Part shown: one piece after another, positions 28,693 through 37,906 of the stretch | Layout: each line of letters begins with the position of its first letter | Numbering within the stretch: position 1 is the stretch's first letter | Assembly: GCA_964473815.1 (NCBI GenBank) | Contig: CAYYQK010000001.1 | Coordinates: 881 to 64,880 of the forward strand | Direction: 5' to 3' | DNA from: an uncultured Candidatus Saccharibacteria bacterium | GTDB lineage: Bacteria; Patescibacteriota; Doudnabacteria; UBA920 | Length of the DNA stretch: 64,000 bases | Position numbers and translations under genes: made by a program | Notes under the pieces: generated by a model | Databases searched by the model: none | Seen by the model: only the letters and a program-made list of their open reading frames with translations | What the model was told of the DNA's origin: nothing

Positions 28693-30533
28693 GTTTATTC
28701 TCACTAAAGAAAGATGATTTAACTGCTAAGCGTCAGGAGCTTGAGCATTTAAAGGGGCAAATTTCCGCCGATGCAAAACTCGCCGAAGTCGAGCAAGATT
28801 TTCGCGAAGGTTTAACAACCTTAAAAGATTTACTCGCTCCATCAAGTTTAAAATTTACTGGTAATTATTTTGAAATTAACGGTAAATTTGCGCGGACGTT
28901 TTTTGCCTTGGCTTACCCAAGGTTTTTGTCATCGAACTGGCTTAGCTTTATCATCAACTCGGAAAGTGCCTTAGATGTGTCGATGTTTATTTATCCGGTC
29001 GATAGTGCTGTGGTCATGAAAAAATTGAAGTCCAAGGTAGGGGAAATCGGCTCGCAAATTATTGTTGAGCAGGAAAAAGGTTTAGTGCGTAATCCATTGC
29101 TGGAAACAGCGTATCACGATGTTGAAGAGCTTCGCGATTCTTTGCAACAGGGAACAGAACGATATTTCCGTTTCGCATTGTACTTTACTCTATATTCCGA
29201 CACACTTGAAGAACTCGACAAGAATTCAAATATTTTAGAAAGCGCACTGGGTGCAAAACTAGTTGTGACAAAGCGCGCCATGCTTTCCACTGAGCCTGGG
29301 TTTAACTCCACTCTTCCTCTTGGCCTTGATGAACTCGATATTGCCAATAACTTAAACACTTCGCCGCTGTCGAGCACTTTTCCTTTCGTGTCTTCGGATT
29401 TAACCGGTAATGATGGAATTTTATATGGGATTAATCGGCACAACAATAGTTTGATTTTATTTGATCGCTTCCAAATGGAAAACGCTAATTTTGTGGTATT
29501 CGCAAAATCTGGTGCTGGAAAATCTTACTCAGTTAAACTAGAAATTTTACGTTCGCTCATGGTTGGTACTGAAGTTATCGTCATTGACCCGGAAAACGAG
29601 TATCAACATTTGGCCGAAGCTGTTGGCGGAACGTTCCTAAACATTTCACTCAACTCAGATTTCCGCATCAACCCTTTCGATTTACCAGTTGGCGTAAAGG
29701 ACGAAGAGCCTGCCGATATTTTGCGCAGTGCAATTATTAACCTGCTCGGCTTGATGAATTTAGTGTTGGGCGATTTAGACCCAACCGAGGAAGCGTTGCT
29801 CGACAAAGCGATGTGGGCTACATACGCGAAAAAAGATATTACCGAAACAACTGACTTCAGAACTGCAGAAATGCCTGTGATGGCAGACTTAATTGAAGTT
29901 TTGTCTGGCACGGTGGGAGCGGAAAGCCTAGCACAAAGATTAGAAAAATTTACTAGCGGGACATTTGCTGGGTTGCTTAACCAACCAACTAATGTCCAGT
30001 TAAACAACCAACTATTAGTCTTTTCTATTCGCGATCTGGAAGATCAACTGCGCCCGATCGCAATGTATATTATTCTTGGCCATATCTGGAACTTAGTTCG
30101 TAGTGAACTAAAGAAGCGCATTTTGGTTTTGGATGAAGCCTGGATTATGATGCAGCATGAAGATTCAGCTAGATTTGTATTCAGTATTGCCAAACGTGCC
30201 CGCAAATATTACCTTGGGCTTACTACCATCACTCAGGACGTTGCCGACTTTATGGCTAGTCCGTATGGTAAACCAATCGTAACTAACTCATCAATTCAGT
30301 TACTGCTCAAGCAAAGCCCGGCTGCCATTGATATAGTCGCCGAAACTTTCTTCTTAACCGAAGGCGAAAAATATTTACTACTCGAGAGCGATGTTGGCGA
30401 AGGAATTTTCTTTGCTGGTTTAAAGCACGCTGCTATCAAGATTTACGCTTCGTATGTTGAGGACCAGATCATTACAACAGATCCGAAACAGTTGCTTGAA
30501 ATCGAAGAGAGTAAAGAACAATTAAAGAGTTAA
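28689..30533 (+). CDS. VirB4/TrbE/TraC-family type IV secretion ATPase (C-terminal ATPase domain)
   Basis: Walker A FAKSGAGKS, VirB4-signature Walker B ILVLDEAWIM, and conserved RKY/TQ motifs downstream. Confidence 0.8.
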   Translation: MSLFSLKKDDLTAKRQELEHLKGQISADAKLAEVEQDFREGLTTLKDLLAPSSLKFTGNYFEINGKFARTFFALAYPRFLSSNWLSFIINSESALDVSMFIYPVDSAVVMKKLKSKVGEIGSQIIVEQEKGLVRNPLLETAYHDVEELRDSLQQGTERYFRFALYFTLYSDTLEELDKNSNILESALGAKLVVTKRAMLSTEPGFNSTLPLGLDELDIANNLNTSPLSSTFPFVSSDLTGNDGILYGINRHNNSLILFDRFQMENANFVVFAKSGAGKSYSVKLEILRSLMVGTEVIVIDPENEYQHLAEAVGGTFLNISLNSDFRINPFDLPVGVKDEEPADILRSAIINLLGLMNLVLGDLDPTEEALLDKAMWATYAKKDITETTDFRTAEMPVMADLIEVLSGTVGAESLAQRLEKFTSGTFAGLLNQPTNVQLNNQLLVFSIRDLEDQLRPIAMYIILGHIWNLVRSELKKRILVLDEAWIMMQHEDSARFVFSIAKRARKYYLGLTTITQDVADFMASPYGKPIVTNSSIQLLLKQSPAAIDIVAETFFLTEGEKYLLLESDVGEGIFFAGLKHAAIKIYASYVEDQIITTDPKQLLEIEESKEQLKS

Positions 30534-30534
30534 T

Positions 30535-31635
30535 ATGTTTTTGGACGACGACCGCGATTTCTCTTCGTCCTCGGACGCAGTTCGTCGAGCGGACGATGAG
30601 CTTTTTAATGATGGTTCGACCGTTGCAGATTCTGAATATCAAAGCACTAACGAATACGGTCAGCAAGATCCAGATTATCAGGCTTATCGGCAGTCAGAGC
30701 AGCAACAGGAACGCAAACGTAGTTTATTAGAAGAAGCCAAACGACAAGCTCGACGAGGTCGGGCAACTGTACAAAACACAGTTCCTAAAAAACTTGGAGA
30801 AGCATTAGGTGATAAGCACATGTTCCGAGATGATACAGACGAAGCACGCGAAAGAGCCAAAGAAATAGCCAGAAAAAAGGCGCGCAAAGCCGCCTCTGAT
30901 TTTATTGGCGACAAAGTTGCTGACAAAGGCCTGAAGACAGGAATGCGTAAAGCGCTGTCTAAAGAAGCGGGCGCTACTGCTAAAGCAGGGGCGAAAAAAG
31001 CCGCGCAGTCGGTTGCTAAAGGCGCAGCAAAAACTGGTGCAGAAACCGCAGCTAAGGAAGGGGTAAAGGCGGGAGCGAAACTCGCAGCTGATAATATTGG
31101 AACAGCTGTTGGTGCAGCTACTGGTGTGGAAACATTTGGATTTGGGTTTTTACTTGGATTATTGATTAATATCGCGGTCAGCTTAGGAGTGAATGATGTT
31201 GTTGATGCAGCCTTTGAATTAAGTAGTGGAAATTTTAAGCGCGCCCGCTTTTTATACATTAGAGGTGGTACACGAGTCGGTATATTTGTTATTTTCTTAT
31301 TAGTCATAATCGGGATGTTAACCATTGGAGGGATGATCGCAGCAATACCAGCATTATTTGCCTTAAACATTTACATGATTTTAGGAAAAATTTATCCGAA
31401 TTTTGCGCCACTGCAAGGTATAGTCTGGTGGGAAGCAGCGATAATTATTATCATTGATATTTTTGCAATTTTAATAGCCTTTGCATTTATAATGAGCTTG
31501 GGTTGGTATTTGTGCAATGGTGTAGGTACTACGGCGGTCGCTGTGTATAACTGGTGGAGCCCAAGTGCTGCCGGAAGTGTGGCAGCTCAATTCTGTAAAT
31601 TTGTTAATACTGTTGCTGGAACCATTAAGCCGTAA
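30535..31635 (+). CDS. membrane protein: acidic disordered N-terminus, K/A-rich segment, ~5 TM helices (VirB6/TrbL-like or other T4SS membrane component, speculative)
   Basis: Composition and hydropathy only. Immediately follows the VirB4-like gene. Confidence 0.45.
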   Translation: MFLDDDRDFSSSSDAVRRADDELFNDGSTVADSEYQSTNEYGQQDPDYQAYRQSEQQQERKRSLLEEAKRQARRGRATVQNTVPKKLGEALGDKHMFRDDTDEARERAKEIARKKARKAASDFIGDKVADKGLKTGMRKALSKEAGATAKAGAKKAAQSVAKGAAKTGAETAAKEGVKAGAKLAADNIGTAVGAATGVETFGFGFLLGLLINIAVSLGVNDVVDAAFELSSGNFKRARFLYIRGGTRVGIFVIFLLVIIGMLTIGGMIAAIPALFALNIYMILGKIYPNFAPLQGIVWWEAAIIIIIDIFAILIAFAFIMSLGWYLCNGVGTTAVAVYNWWSPSAAGSVAAQFCKFVNTVAGTIKP

Positions 31636-31739
31636 CGAATGTTAAAATTTTGATTTTCATCATCAAAGATGGTATACTATAGAAAATTACAGATCAAGAA
31701 ACAAACAAGAAAAAGCGTTAGCAATAAAAGAAAAATTTT

Positions 31740-32885
31740 GTGAATAAAAGAGCGATTATTATTTTAGGAGCAGTTTTCATCCTGATTGTAGGGGTGTTAG
31801 GTTTTTTGATTTACAAACGCAGCACTTCCAATAGCAATTCCAATACGGTTGCCAATACTAATACTACAACTACACCCGTCCAAACCGAAACTCCGCCACC
31901 AGACAATACGCCTACTACTCCAGCCTCTGCCGCAGTTAGGTTAACTGATGCGGGCGATGCAATTATCACCCCGGCTTTGACTCTCCAGGGCAACGGTATT
32001 GATTATTTAAATACCAAGGGTCAGTTATTCCAAACTGATTATGATGTAACAGGCGGGACTGCCTTGCTAAAAAATAAGCGCGAACTTTCTATTCCTTTAA
32101 AATCCAGCATCTCGCAAATTATTTGGCCAACAGCTGGTAATAATTTTATTGCCCAGTTTAATACTGGCAGCAAGCCAACTTGGAGTGTATTCCAGGCCGA
32201 TAAAGCAGCCTACGCAGACATCCCGTCACAGGTTTATAGTATTGCCTGGATGCCAAGCGGAGACAAAGTGGCCTTTGTATGGGTCGATGGTTCGGGTAAA
32301 GCAACTTTGAACATTGGTAACCCAGACACAACCGGCTATCAATCTTTGTTTCAATTTTATGAATCTGATGACAACATAAGCGTTGCCCCAGATGGCCAAC
32401 ATTTCGCGTTTTGGCGAACACAGACTTCTGATTATTCTAGCAATCAAATTGTAATGGTAGACAAAACTGGGAAGATTTTCAACGTTATCGTAAAGGACGG
32501 ATATAATACTGGTGCAGTATGGAGTCCGGACAGCAAAAAGATTTTGTTTAATAAGCGGGATCCAAGTTCACAAAAGATGGCTCTTTGGGAAGCCGATGTA
32601 ACAACTGGTGAAACTAAAAATCTAAACGTAGATACAACCTTAGATAAAGTTCTTTGGTCCCGTGACGGCTTTACTGTTTTTGCGGGCGTGCCAAATACCG
32701 GAACTGCCGGACAAGGTTTAACGCAAGATACAATTTATAAAATCAATACTACTTCCGGTGATCAAAAGAAATTTGAACCTGGCTTAGCTGTAGACGCCCG
32801 TGCTTTGTTATTGAGCACAGATTTCTCTATTTTGTTCTTCCTCAACGCTCAAGACAATTCTCTGTACTATATTCCTGTAAACTAA
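31740..32885 (+). CDS. TolB-like beta-propeller protein with N-terminal TM anchor
   Basis: GTG start. Repeated PD40-like motifs (WMPSGDKVAF, WSPDSKKILF, APDGQHFAF). Confidence 0.55.
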   Translation: MNKRAIIILGAVFILIVGVLGFLIYKRSTSNSNSNTVANTNTTTTPVQTETPPPDNTPTTPASAAVRLTDAGDAIITPALTLQGNGIDYLNTKGQLFQTDYDVTGGTALLKNKRELSIPLKSSISQIIWPTAGNNFIAQFNTGSKPTWSVFQADKAAYADIPSQVYSIAWMPSGDKVAFVWVDGSGKATLNIGNPDTTGYQSLFQFYESDDNISVAPDGQHFAFWRTQTSDYSSNQIVMVDKTGKIFNVIVKDGYNTGAVWSPDSKKILFNKRDPSSQKMALWEADVTTGETKNLNVDTTLDKVLWSRDGFTVFAGVPNTGTAGQGLTQDTIYKINTTSGDQKKFEPGLAVDARALLLSTDFSILFFLNAQDNSLYYIPVN

Positions 32886-33054
32886 AAAGTCCCGCATAGA
32901 TATTCCCTAAGAGTACTATCTGCGCCCAAATGGGAGGCCTTTAGGCCGAACCATGTAGCGCATCTAGTACTCGTGGGAATGCTATGTGGGCTTTTAATTT
33001 CTTAAGGAAAATTTTAAGTAGAATCGGGGCTAGGCGTGTGGTAAGATTAGAATA

Positions 33055-34374
33055 ATGGCACAGTTGAAAAAACAATTTGTTTGCACTAACTGCGGTAATA
33101 CATCGCTAAAATGGCAGGGCAGATGCCCGCAATGTGGTGAATGGAATACTTTAGAGGAACAGCTTGTAAGGGGCTCTTCTAAGGGCAGTTTTGGCAGTTC
33201 AGGAAGTGCTGCGGTGGCAGGGCAGGTGCAGAAGCTTTCTGAAGTTTCTTCTGAACGACAACCGCGGTTTTCTTCAGGCCTCGCTGAATTTGATCAGGTG
33301 CTCGGGGGCGGAATTGTCCCTGGCAGTTTGATGTTGCTCGGTGGAGATCCAGGCATTGGAAAATCTACTTTAGCTTTGCAACTTGCCAGTAATATTGCTG
33401 ATCAAAAAGATAGCAAAGAAGTGTTGTATATTTCCGGAGAGGAATCTGCTCAACAAATTAAAATGAGAAGTGCTCGTTTGGTAGGCAGTAGCGACATTGA
33501 TGTCCTTACAGAAACAGATTTAGAAATCGTTCTTTCTACTATTGCAGCAGTAAAGCCGCAGGTAGCTATTATTGATTCAATTCAAACCTTAAATTCACAA
33601 TCAGTAAATGGTGTGGTCGGCGGCGTATCCCAACTTTCGTATGCTACAAATGCCTTAATGCGCCTGGCTAAAGAGCATCATGTAGCCATTGTACTTATTG
33701 GTCATGTAACAAAAGAGGGTATGTTGGCTGGTCCAAAGACCATTGAACACATGGTAGATGTGGTGTTGTATTTGGAAGGGGATCGATTTGGTAATTTGCG
33801 CTTGCTTCGTAGTAGTAAGAACCGCTTCGGCAGTGTTGGCGAAGTTGGTATTTTTGATATGACTGAAACCGGTTTAATTGAAGTCCCGAACCCGGCAGCG
33901 ATGTTTTTAGAGCATCGCGATAAACCTTTGCCAGGAAGCTGTGTTACGGCAGTCTTGGAAGGGAATAAGGTTCTGCTTGTCGAAGTTCAGGCTTTGACTA
34001 ACACTACGAACTTGAGTTATCCGCGGCGCGTGGCTTCTGGCTTTGATGTTAATCGCTTGCAACTTCTATTAGCAATTATGCAAAAAACTTTGGGGATTAA
34101 TTTGTCTAATCAGGATGTATTTGTAAATGTAGCGGGTGGTTTTAAAATAAATGAACGCGCGGCAGACTTGCCAGTCGTAATGGCAATATTGTCATCTTTC
34201 TACGGTAACGCAATTCCTGCCGGAACAATTGCTTTTGGAGAAGTTGGTCTACTTGGTGAAATTCGTGCCGTCTCGCATTTAGAAAAACGTACCAAGGAAG
34301 CAAAAAAACTGGGCTTTACCAAGTTGTTATCCTCGAAAGATACCAGGAATGTGAAAGATTTAAAAGTGAAATAA
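33055..34374 (+). CDS. radA: DNA repair protein RadA/Sms
   Basis: N-terminal C4 zinc finger, Walker A GGDPGIGKST, KNRFG motif, Lon-like C-terminal domain. Confidence 0.9.
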   Translation: MAQLKKQFVCTNCGNTSLKWQGRCPQCGEWNTLEEQLVRGSSKGSFGSSGSAAVAGQVQKLSEVSSERQPRFSSGLAEFDQVLGGGIVPGSLMLLGGDPGIGKSTLALQLASNIADQKDSKEVLYISGEESAQQIKMRSARLVGSSDIDVLTETDLEIVLSTIAAVKPQVAIIDSIQTLNSQSVNGVVGGVSQLSYATNALMRLAKEHHVAIVLIGHVTKEGMLAGPKTIEHMVDVVLYLEGDRFGNLRLLRSSKNRFGSVGEVGIFDMTETGLIEVPNPAAMFLEHRDKPLPGSCVTAVLEGNKVLLVEVQALTNTTNLSYPRRVASGFDVNRLQLLLAIMQKTLGINLSNQDVFVNVAGGFKINERAADLPVVMAILSSFYGNAIPAGTIAFGEVGLLGEIRAVSHLEKRTKEAKKLGFTKLLSSKDTRNVKDLKVK

Positions 34375-34381
34375 TTTTTAT

Positions 34382-34424
34382 AAAAAAAGTAAGACCCGGC
34401 CTGTGGCTGGGTCTTGTTTCAAAA
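34382..34424. terminator. bidirectional rho-independent terminator
   Basis: aagacccggcc-tgtg-gctgggtctt hairpin flanked by A7 and T-rich runs. Lies between convergent genes. Confidence 0.6.
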
Positions 34425-34441
34425 TCACCGAATGTGGGAAT

Positions 34442-34798
34442 TCACGACGCGTACTGTTGGGAAGACTGAAGCGTCTGAGGGTTGGGATTGCGGTTCGCCT
34501 GGGCAGCAATCGCTGCGTCTCGGGCCGCTCTTCTCATGACATCTTCGTGGCAACCTGTGTGGAAAGTTGTCTTTTTCTCCATTGCGTTACCGTCAGTATC
34601 CTTTACGAGCATGACAGTTTCAGTTCTGTCATTATCGACGAGGGTGAAGCACTTGGGGCATGTGTTGAAGGCCCAGGCACACTTTTGATCGCAGTAGGGT
34701 TTTTTTGCGATTCCGTATAGAAACGGCATCGCTGTAAGGTGTTTGTCGCAGTTTGGGTTCGAACATTTCGAACTCAGATCCAATTTTTTATTCGGCAC
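34442..34798 (-). CDS. Cys-rich hypothetical protein (possible zinc-ribbon domains)
   Basis: CSNPNCDKH..CDQKC..CPKC..C cysteine pattern. Confidence 0.45.
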   Translation of the reverse strand: MPNKKLDLSSKCSNPNCDKHLTAMPFLYGIAKKPYCDQKCAWAFNTCPKCFTLVDNDRTETVMLVKDTDGNAMEKKTTFHTGCHEDVMRRAARDAAIAAQANRNPNPQTLQSSQQYAS

Positions 34799-34915
34799 TA
34801 TTTAAGTCACACTCCTGTTTTTTTTGATTTTGCGCTAATCAACACTCGGGAAATGCTGGGAGTTAATTGGCACCTTATCTTTATACACCAAAATCGGGCC
34901 GCCGTCAATAGAGCC

Positions 34916-37021
34916 TTAATAGCTTATCGATTCTAAATATTCATTTGTCAGCTTAAATAGTTTAGTAGAAATATTTATTAACTTTTTATCTTTTTGGATA
35001 ATTTTTTCAGCAATGTCTCGCGCGGAGATTAAAGCTTTAATACTGATAAATTGTGGGAATCGAAATAGAAAACCACTTTGCTGTTTGCCAAATAAATCCC
35101 CAAATCCACGTTCTTCTAAATCTAATTGCGCCAACACAAATCCGTCGGTTGTTTTGCTTAAAGCTCGCAAGCGCTTTAGATCTTGATGATTTGGTTCTGT
35201 AGTAAACAAGAAACATTTGCAATCAAAACTGTTGCGACCAATTCTGCCTCGTAACTGATGCAATTGCGCCAAGCCAAACCTTTCACTACCCTCAATAATC
35301 ATGCTCGTGGCATTTGGTATGTCGATGCCAATTTCAATTACAGAAGTGCTTACTAGTACATTCAATTTTCCGGAAGCAAAATCAGCCATGACCTGATCTT
35401 TCTCCGCGGCTTTCATTTTGCCATAAAGCAATCCTAGTTTTAGATCGGGGAATATTTCTGTTTGCAATCGTGCAAACTCTTTCTTTACAGAACGGACTTC
35501 GCTCAAGCTTGTAGTTTTAGTTGATTCTTCCACGCGCGGCGTGACCACAAAAGCTTGTCTACCTTCTCCCGCTTCACGCCTCACAAAATCATAAGCTTTC
35601 TCACGTTCACTTTCTGGCACAACCTCTGTCTGAACGGGTTTGCGTCCCGTTGGAACTTGCTTCAAAACCGAGACATTTAAATCTGCATACAATGACTGTG
35701 CAAGCGTACGTGGAATCGGTGTGGCTGACATGCCCAGCATATGCGGCGTAATCCCAGCGCCATGTAATAATAAACTGCGTTGGTCTACGCCAAAACGATG
35801 CTGTTCATCAACAATTACTAAACCCAACTTTTTAAAATTGATATTTTCTTGAAGTAATGCGTGCGTCCCAATTGCAATTTTAATCTCGCCATCTGCCAGT
35901 TTGTTCAAAATTGCATCACGACCAAAACCATCGTTCGCGTCAGATGCATTACTGCTATCACCGCTTTCTGCAAAAGTGCGAGTCAAAAGTGCTACTCCTG
36001 ACTTTGTTCCTAAAATATCGCCAAAAGTATCATAATGTTGTTTGGCTAAAATTTCTGTTGGCGCTAGCACTACACATTGCAGTCCAGCCCCTGCTGTTTG
36101 TAAGGCTGCCAAAATTGCCACAATAGTTTTACCGCTTCCTACATCGCCCTGAAGTAACCGATTCATTGGGCGGCCAGTTTCCAAATCCTGAAAAACATCC
36201 CAGGCTGCGCGCTTTTGAGAAGCCGTCAGCTCAAAAGGCAAGGTCTTTAAAAAGCTTTTAACTTTTTCTATATCGACTACAACTTTGTGACCTTTGGTTT
36301 TCATCCACTCAGCCTTGCGCATTTGCGCAGCTAGCTGCTGTGGCAGTACGTCGTCCACTGCGATTCGAAACCGAGATTCGCTAATCTGTTCTTCGGTTTC
36401 GGGAAAATGCAATAATCTCACGGCTTCAGCAATTGGCATCAATCCTTCGCTTTGCGCCAATTCTACTCCTACAAAATCTTCTAACTCACTAGCTGTACTC
36501 AAAACCGATTTTATCAAACGCCGCATTGTCCTTAAGGGCACCAAATCTGCTCGCCTGTAAACAGGAACCAAGCGCCCAGTGTGCAAGTTAATCGGATTGC
36601 CATCCTCATCTTCCCGGAGTTTTTCGTAAACAGGATTTGTTAATTGCAATGCTTTGTATCGCCCAACTTTTCCTGAGACAATCAATTCATCACCAACATT
36701 AATTTGCTTCGCAATATATGATTGATTAAACCAAACTGCTTTAATAGTCCCCGTACCATCTTCTAGAGTTGCTTCTGCATACGACATGCGCCCGCGAAAA
36801 CCCATATTCGCTCGCACACTCTTCACCCGCGCAACGATTGTCACAATATCATTTTCTTCGGCTTGGGCAATATTAACTTTCTTGCGAAAGTCCATATATC
36901 GGGTAGGGAAGTTGTACAACAAGTCTGCGACAGTCTCAATTTCTAAAATAGAAAAAGCCTTGGTAAGCTGCGGGCCAACCAAAGGCAATTCAGTAATGTT
37001 TGTATCTAAAGTATATGTCAT
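34916..37021 (-). CDS. recG: ATP-dependent DNA helicase RecG (start re-set to Met22 of the listed ORF, which otherwise overlaps tRNA-Arg)
   Basis: Walker A GDVGSGKT, DEQH box, wedge-domain N-terminus, helicase motifs V-VI. Confidence 0.88.
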   Translation of the reverse strand: MTYTLDTNITELPLVGPQLTKAFSILEIETVADLLYNFPTRYMDFRKKVNIAQAEENDIVTIVARVKSVRANMGFRGRMSYAEATLEDGTGTIKAVWFNQSYIAKQINVGDELIVSGKVGRYKALQLTNPVYEKLREDEDGNPINLHTGRLVPVYRRADLVPLRTMRRLIKSVLSTASELEDFVGVELAQSEGLMPIAEAVRLLHFPETEEQISESRFRIAVDDVLPQQLAAQMRKAEWMKTKGHKVVVDIEKVKSFLKTLPFELTASQKRAAWDVFQDLETGRPMNRLLQGDVGSGKTIVAILAALQTAGAGLQCVVLAPTEILAKQHYDTFGDILGTKSGVALLTRTFAESGDSSNASDANDGFGRDAILNKLADGEIKIAIGTHALLQENINFKKLGLVIVDEQHRFGVDQRSLLLHGAGITPHMLGMSATPIPRTLAQSLYADLNVSVLKQVPTGRKPVQTEVVPESEREKAYDFVRREAGEGRQAFVVTPRVEESTKTTSLSEVRSVKKEFARLQTEIFPDLKLGLLYGKMKAAEKDQVMADFASGKLNVLVSTSVIEIGIDIPNATSMIIEGSERFGLAQLHQLRGRIGRNSFDCKCFLFTTEPNHQDLKRLRALSKTTDGFVLAQLDLEERGFGDLFGKQQSGFLFRFPQFISIKALISARDIAEKIIQKDKKLINISTKLFKLTNEYLESISY

Positions 37022-37022
37022 G

Positions 37023-37098
37023 TGGTGCTCCCGGCAGGGATCGAACCTGCGGCCTTTCCCTCCGGAGGGGAACGCTCTATCCACTGAGCTACGGAAGC
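37023..37098 (-). tRNA. tRNA-Arg (anticodon CCG)
   Basis: Hand-folded cloverleaf: acceptor GCTTCCG/CGGGAGC, U8, D-arm GCTC[AGTGGATA]GAGC, anticodon stem TTCCC/GGGAA with loop CTCCGGA, T-arm GCAGG-TTCGATC-CCTGC, discriminator A, CCA encoded. Confidence 0.85.
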
Positions 37099-37122
37099 GG
37101 GGGCCGCACGCGGCAGCGGAAT

Positions 37123-37596
37123 TTAGAATTTAAATCGATGGGCAATGCGCTGCGATGCAGTCTCGTCAGGATCTTCCTTTTCGGGCAACAGTTCTTCAAG
37201 TAGTTCCTGAATTTCATCTGCATCTTGCTCGTGCAATTCAATGGATAGCAGGTGATTTAAATAGGCGGTAGTTTCGATGTTTAAAGTTTTGTGGCGCTCG
37301 TTATCGACAATCCAAAATTGTTTGATGCGATTATAGGGAATGTGAGTGTCGTCAATATGCACGCCGTGCGTACTGATTTGCATCTTGATGATTTTTGGCC
37401 GATGCAGTGCAAACGCTACAAACAAAATTGCAATAATAACCAAACTAATAGCTCCGAACCAATCGTGCTGAAAGAGTTCGTAAGCCAATATCAAGGCTAC
37501 TATTATTCCTAAGGTTATGAACCACGCCGCATTCTTCGGATAGTGCCGAAACTCGGGTGCTTCCCACTCAATTATTGTTTCTGGTTGCTTTGCCAT
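37123..37596 (-). CDS. hypothetical membrane protein (2 TM, acidic C-terminus); start set at internal Met
   Basis: The listed ORF extends to 37623 and abuts tRNA-Ser. MAKQPETI is the likely start. Confidence 0.5.
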   Translation of the reverse strand: MAKQPETIIEWEAPEFRHYPKNAAWFITLGIIVALILAYELFQHDWFGAISLVIIAILFVAFALHRPKIIKMQISTHGVHIDDTHIPYNRIKQFWIVDNERHKTLNIETTAYLNHLLSIELHEQDADEIQELLEELLPEKEDPDETASQRIAHRFKF

Positions 37597-37625
37597 TTTA
37601 TTTTTATTGTGCTGTAAATGCACTC

Positions 37626-37714
<89 letters not shown>

Positions 37715-37769
37715 AGGTCGTAAATATTGAGGTTAACCGTTATATTATAACATCTTTGGACAGATAAAA

Positions 37770-37810
37770 CAAAAACAGGCCGCACTCTAGATTTGGCCTG
37801 TTTTTAGATA
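37770..37810. terminator. rho-independent terminator (bidirectional) downstream of the anti-sigma gene
   Basis: aacaggcc..ggcctgtt hairpin flanked by A-run and T5. Confidence 0.5.
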
Positions 37811-37906
37811 AATTCTGTTTCCCGAAGTACTTTCGTTCCGAGAAATTGGTCGGTAATTTTTACAAACCAGTCTCTCGGAGCGAACTCAGGTCAAAATTTA
37901 TTTATT

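Noticed and set aside
30684-31370. 228-aa minus-strand ORF (A/P/S-rich)
   Set aside because: It is the antisense of the K/A-rich region of the 30535 gene, so its low-complexity mirror composition is an artefact.
34403-34936. Plus-strand ORFs 34403-34720, 34482-34688, 34739-34936 antisense to the Cys-rich gene and recG 3' end
   Set aside because: They are antisense or overlapping to better-supported minus-strand genes and have no start context.
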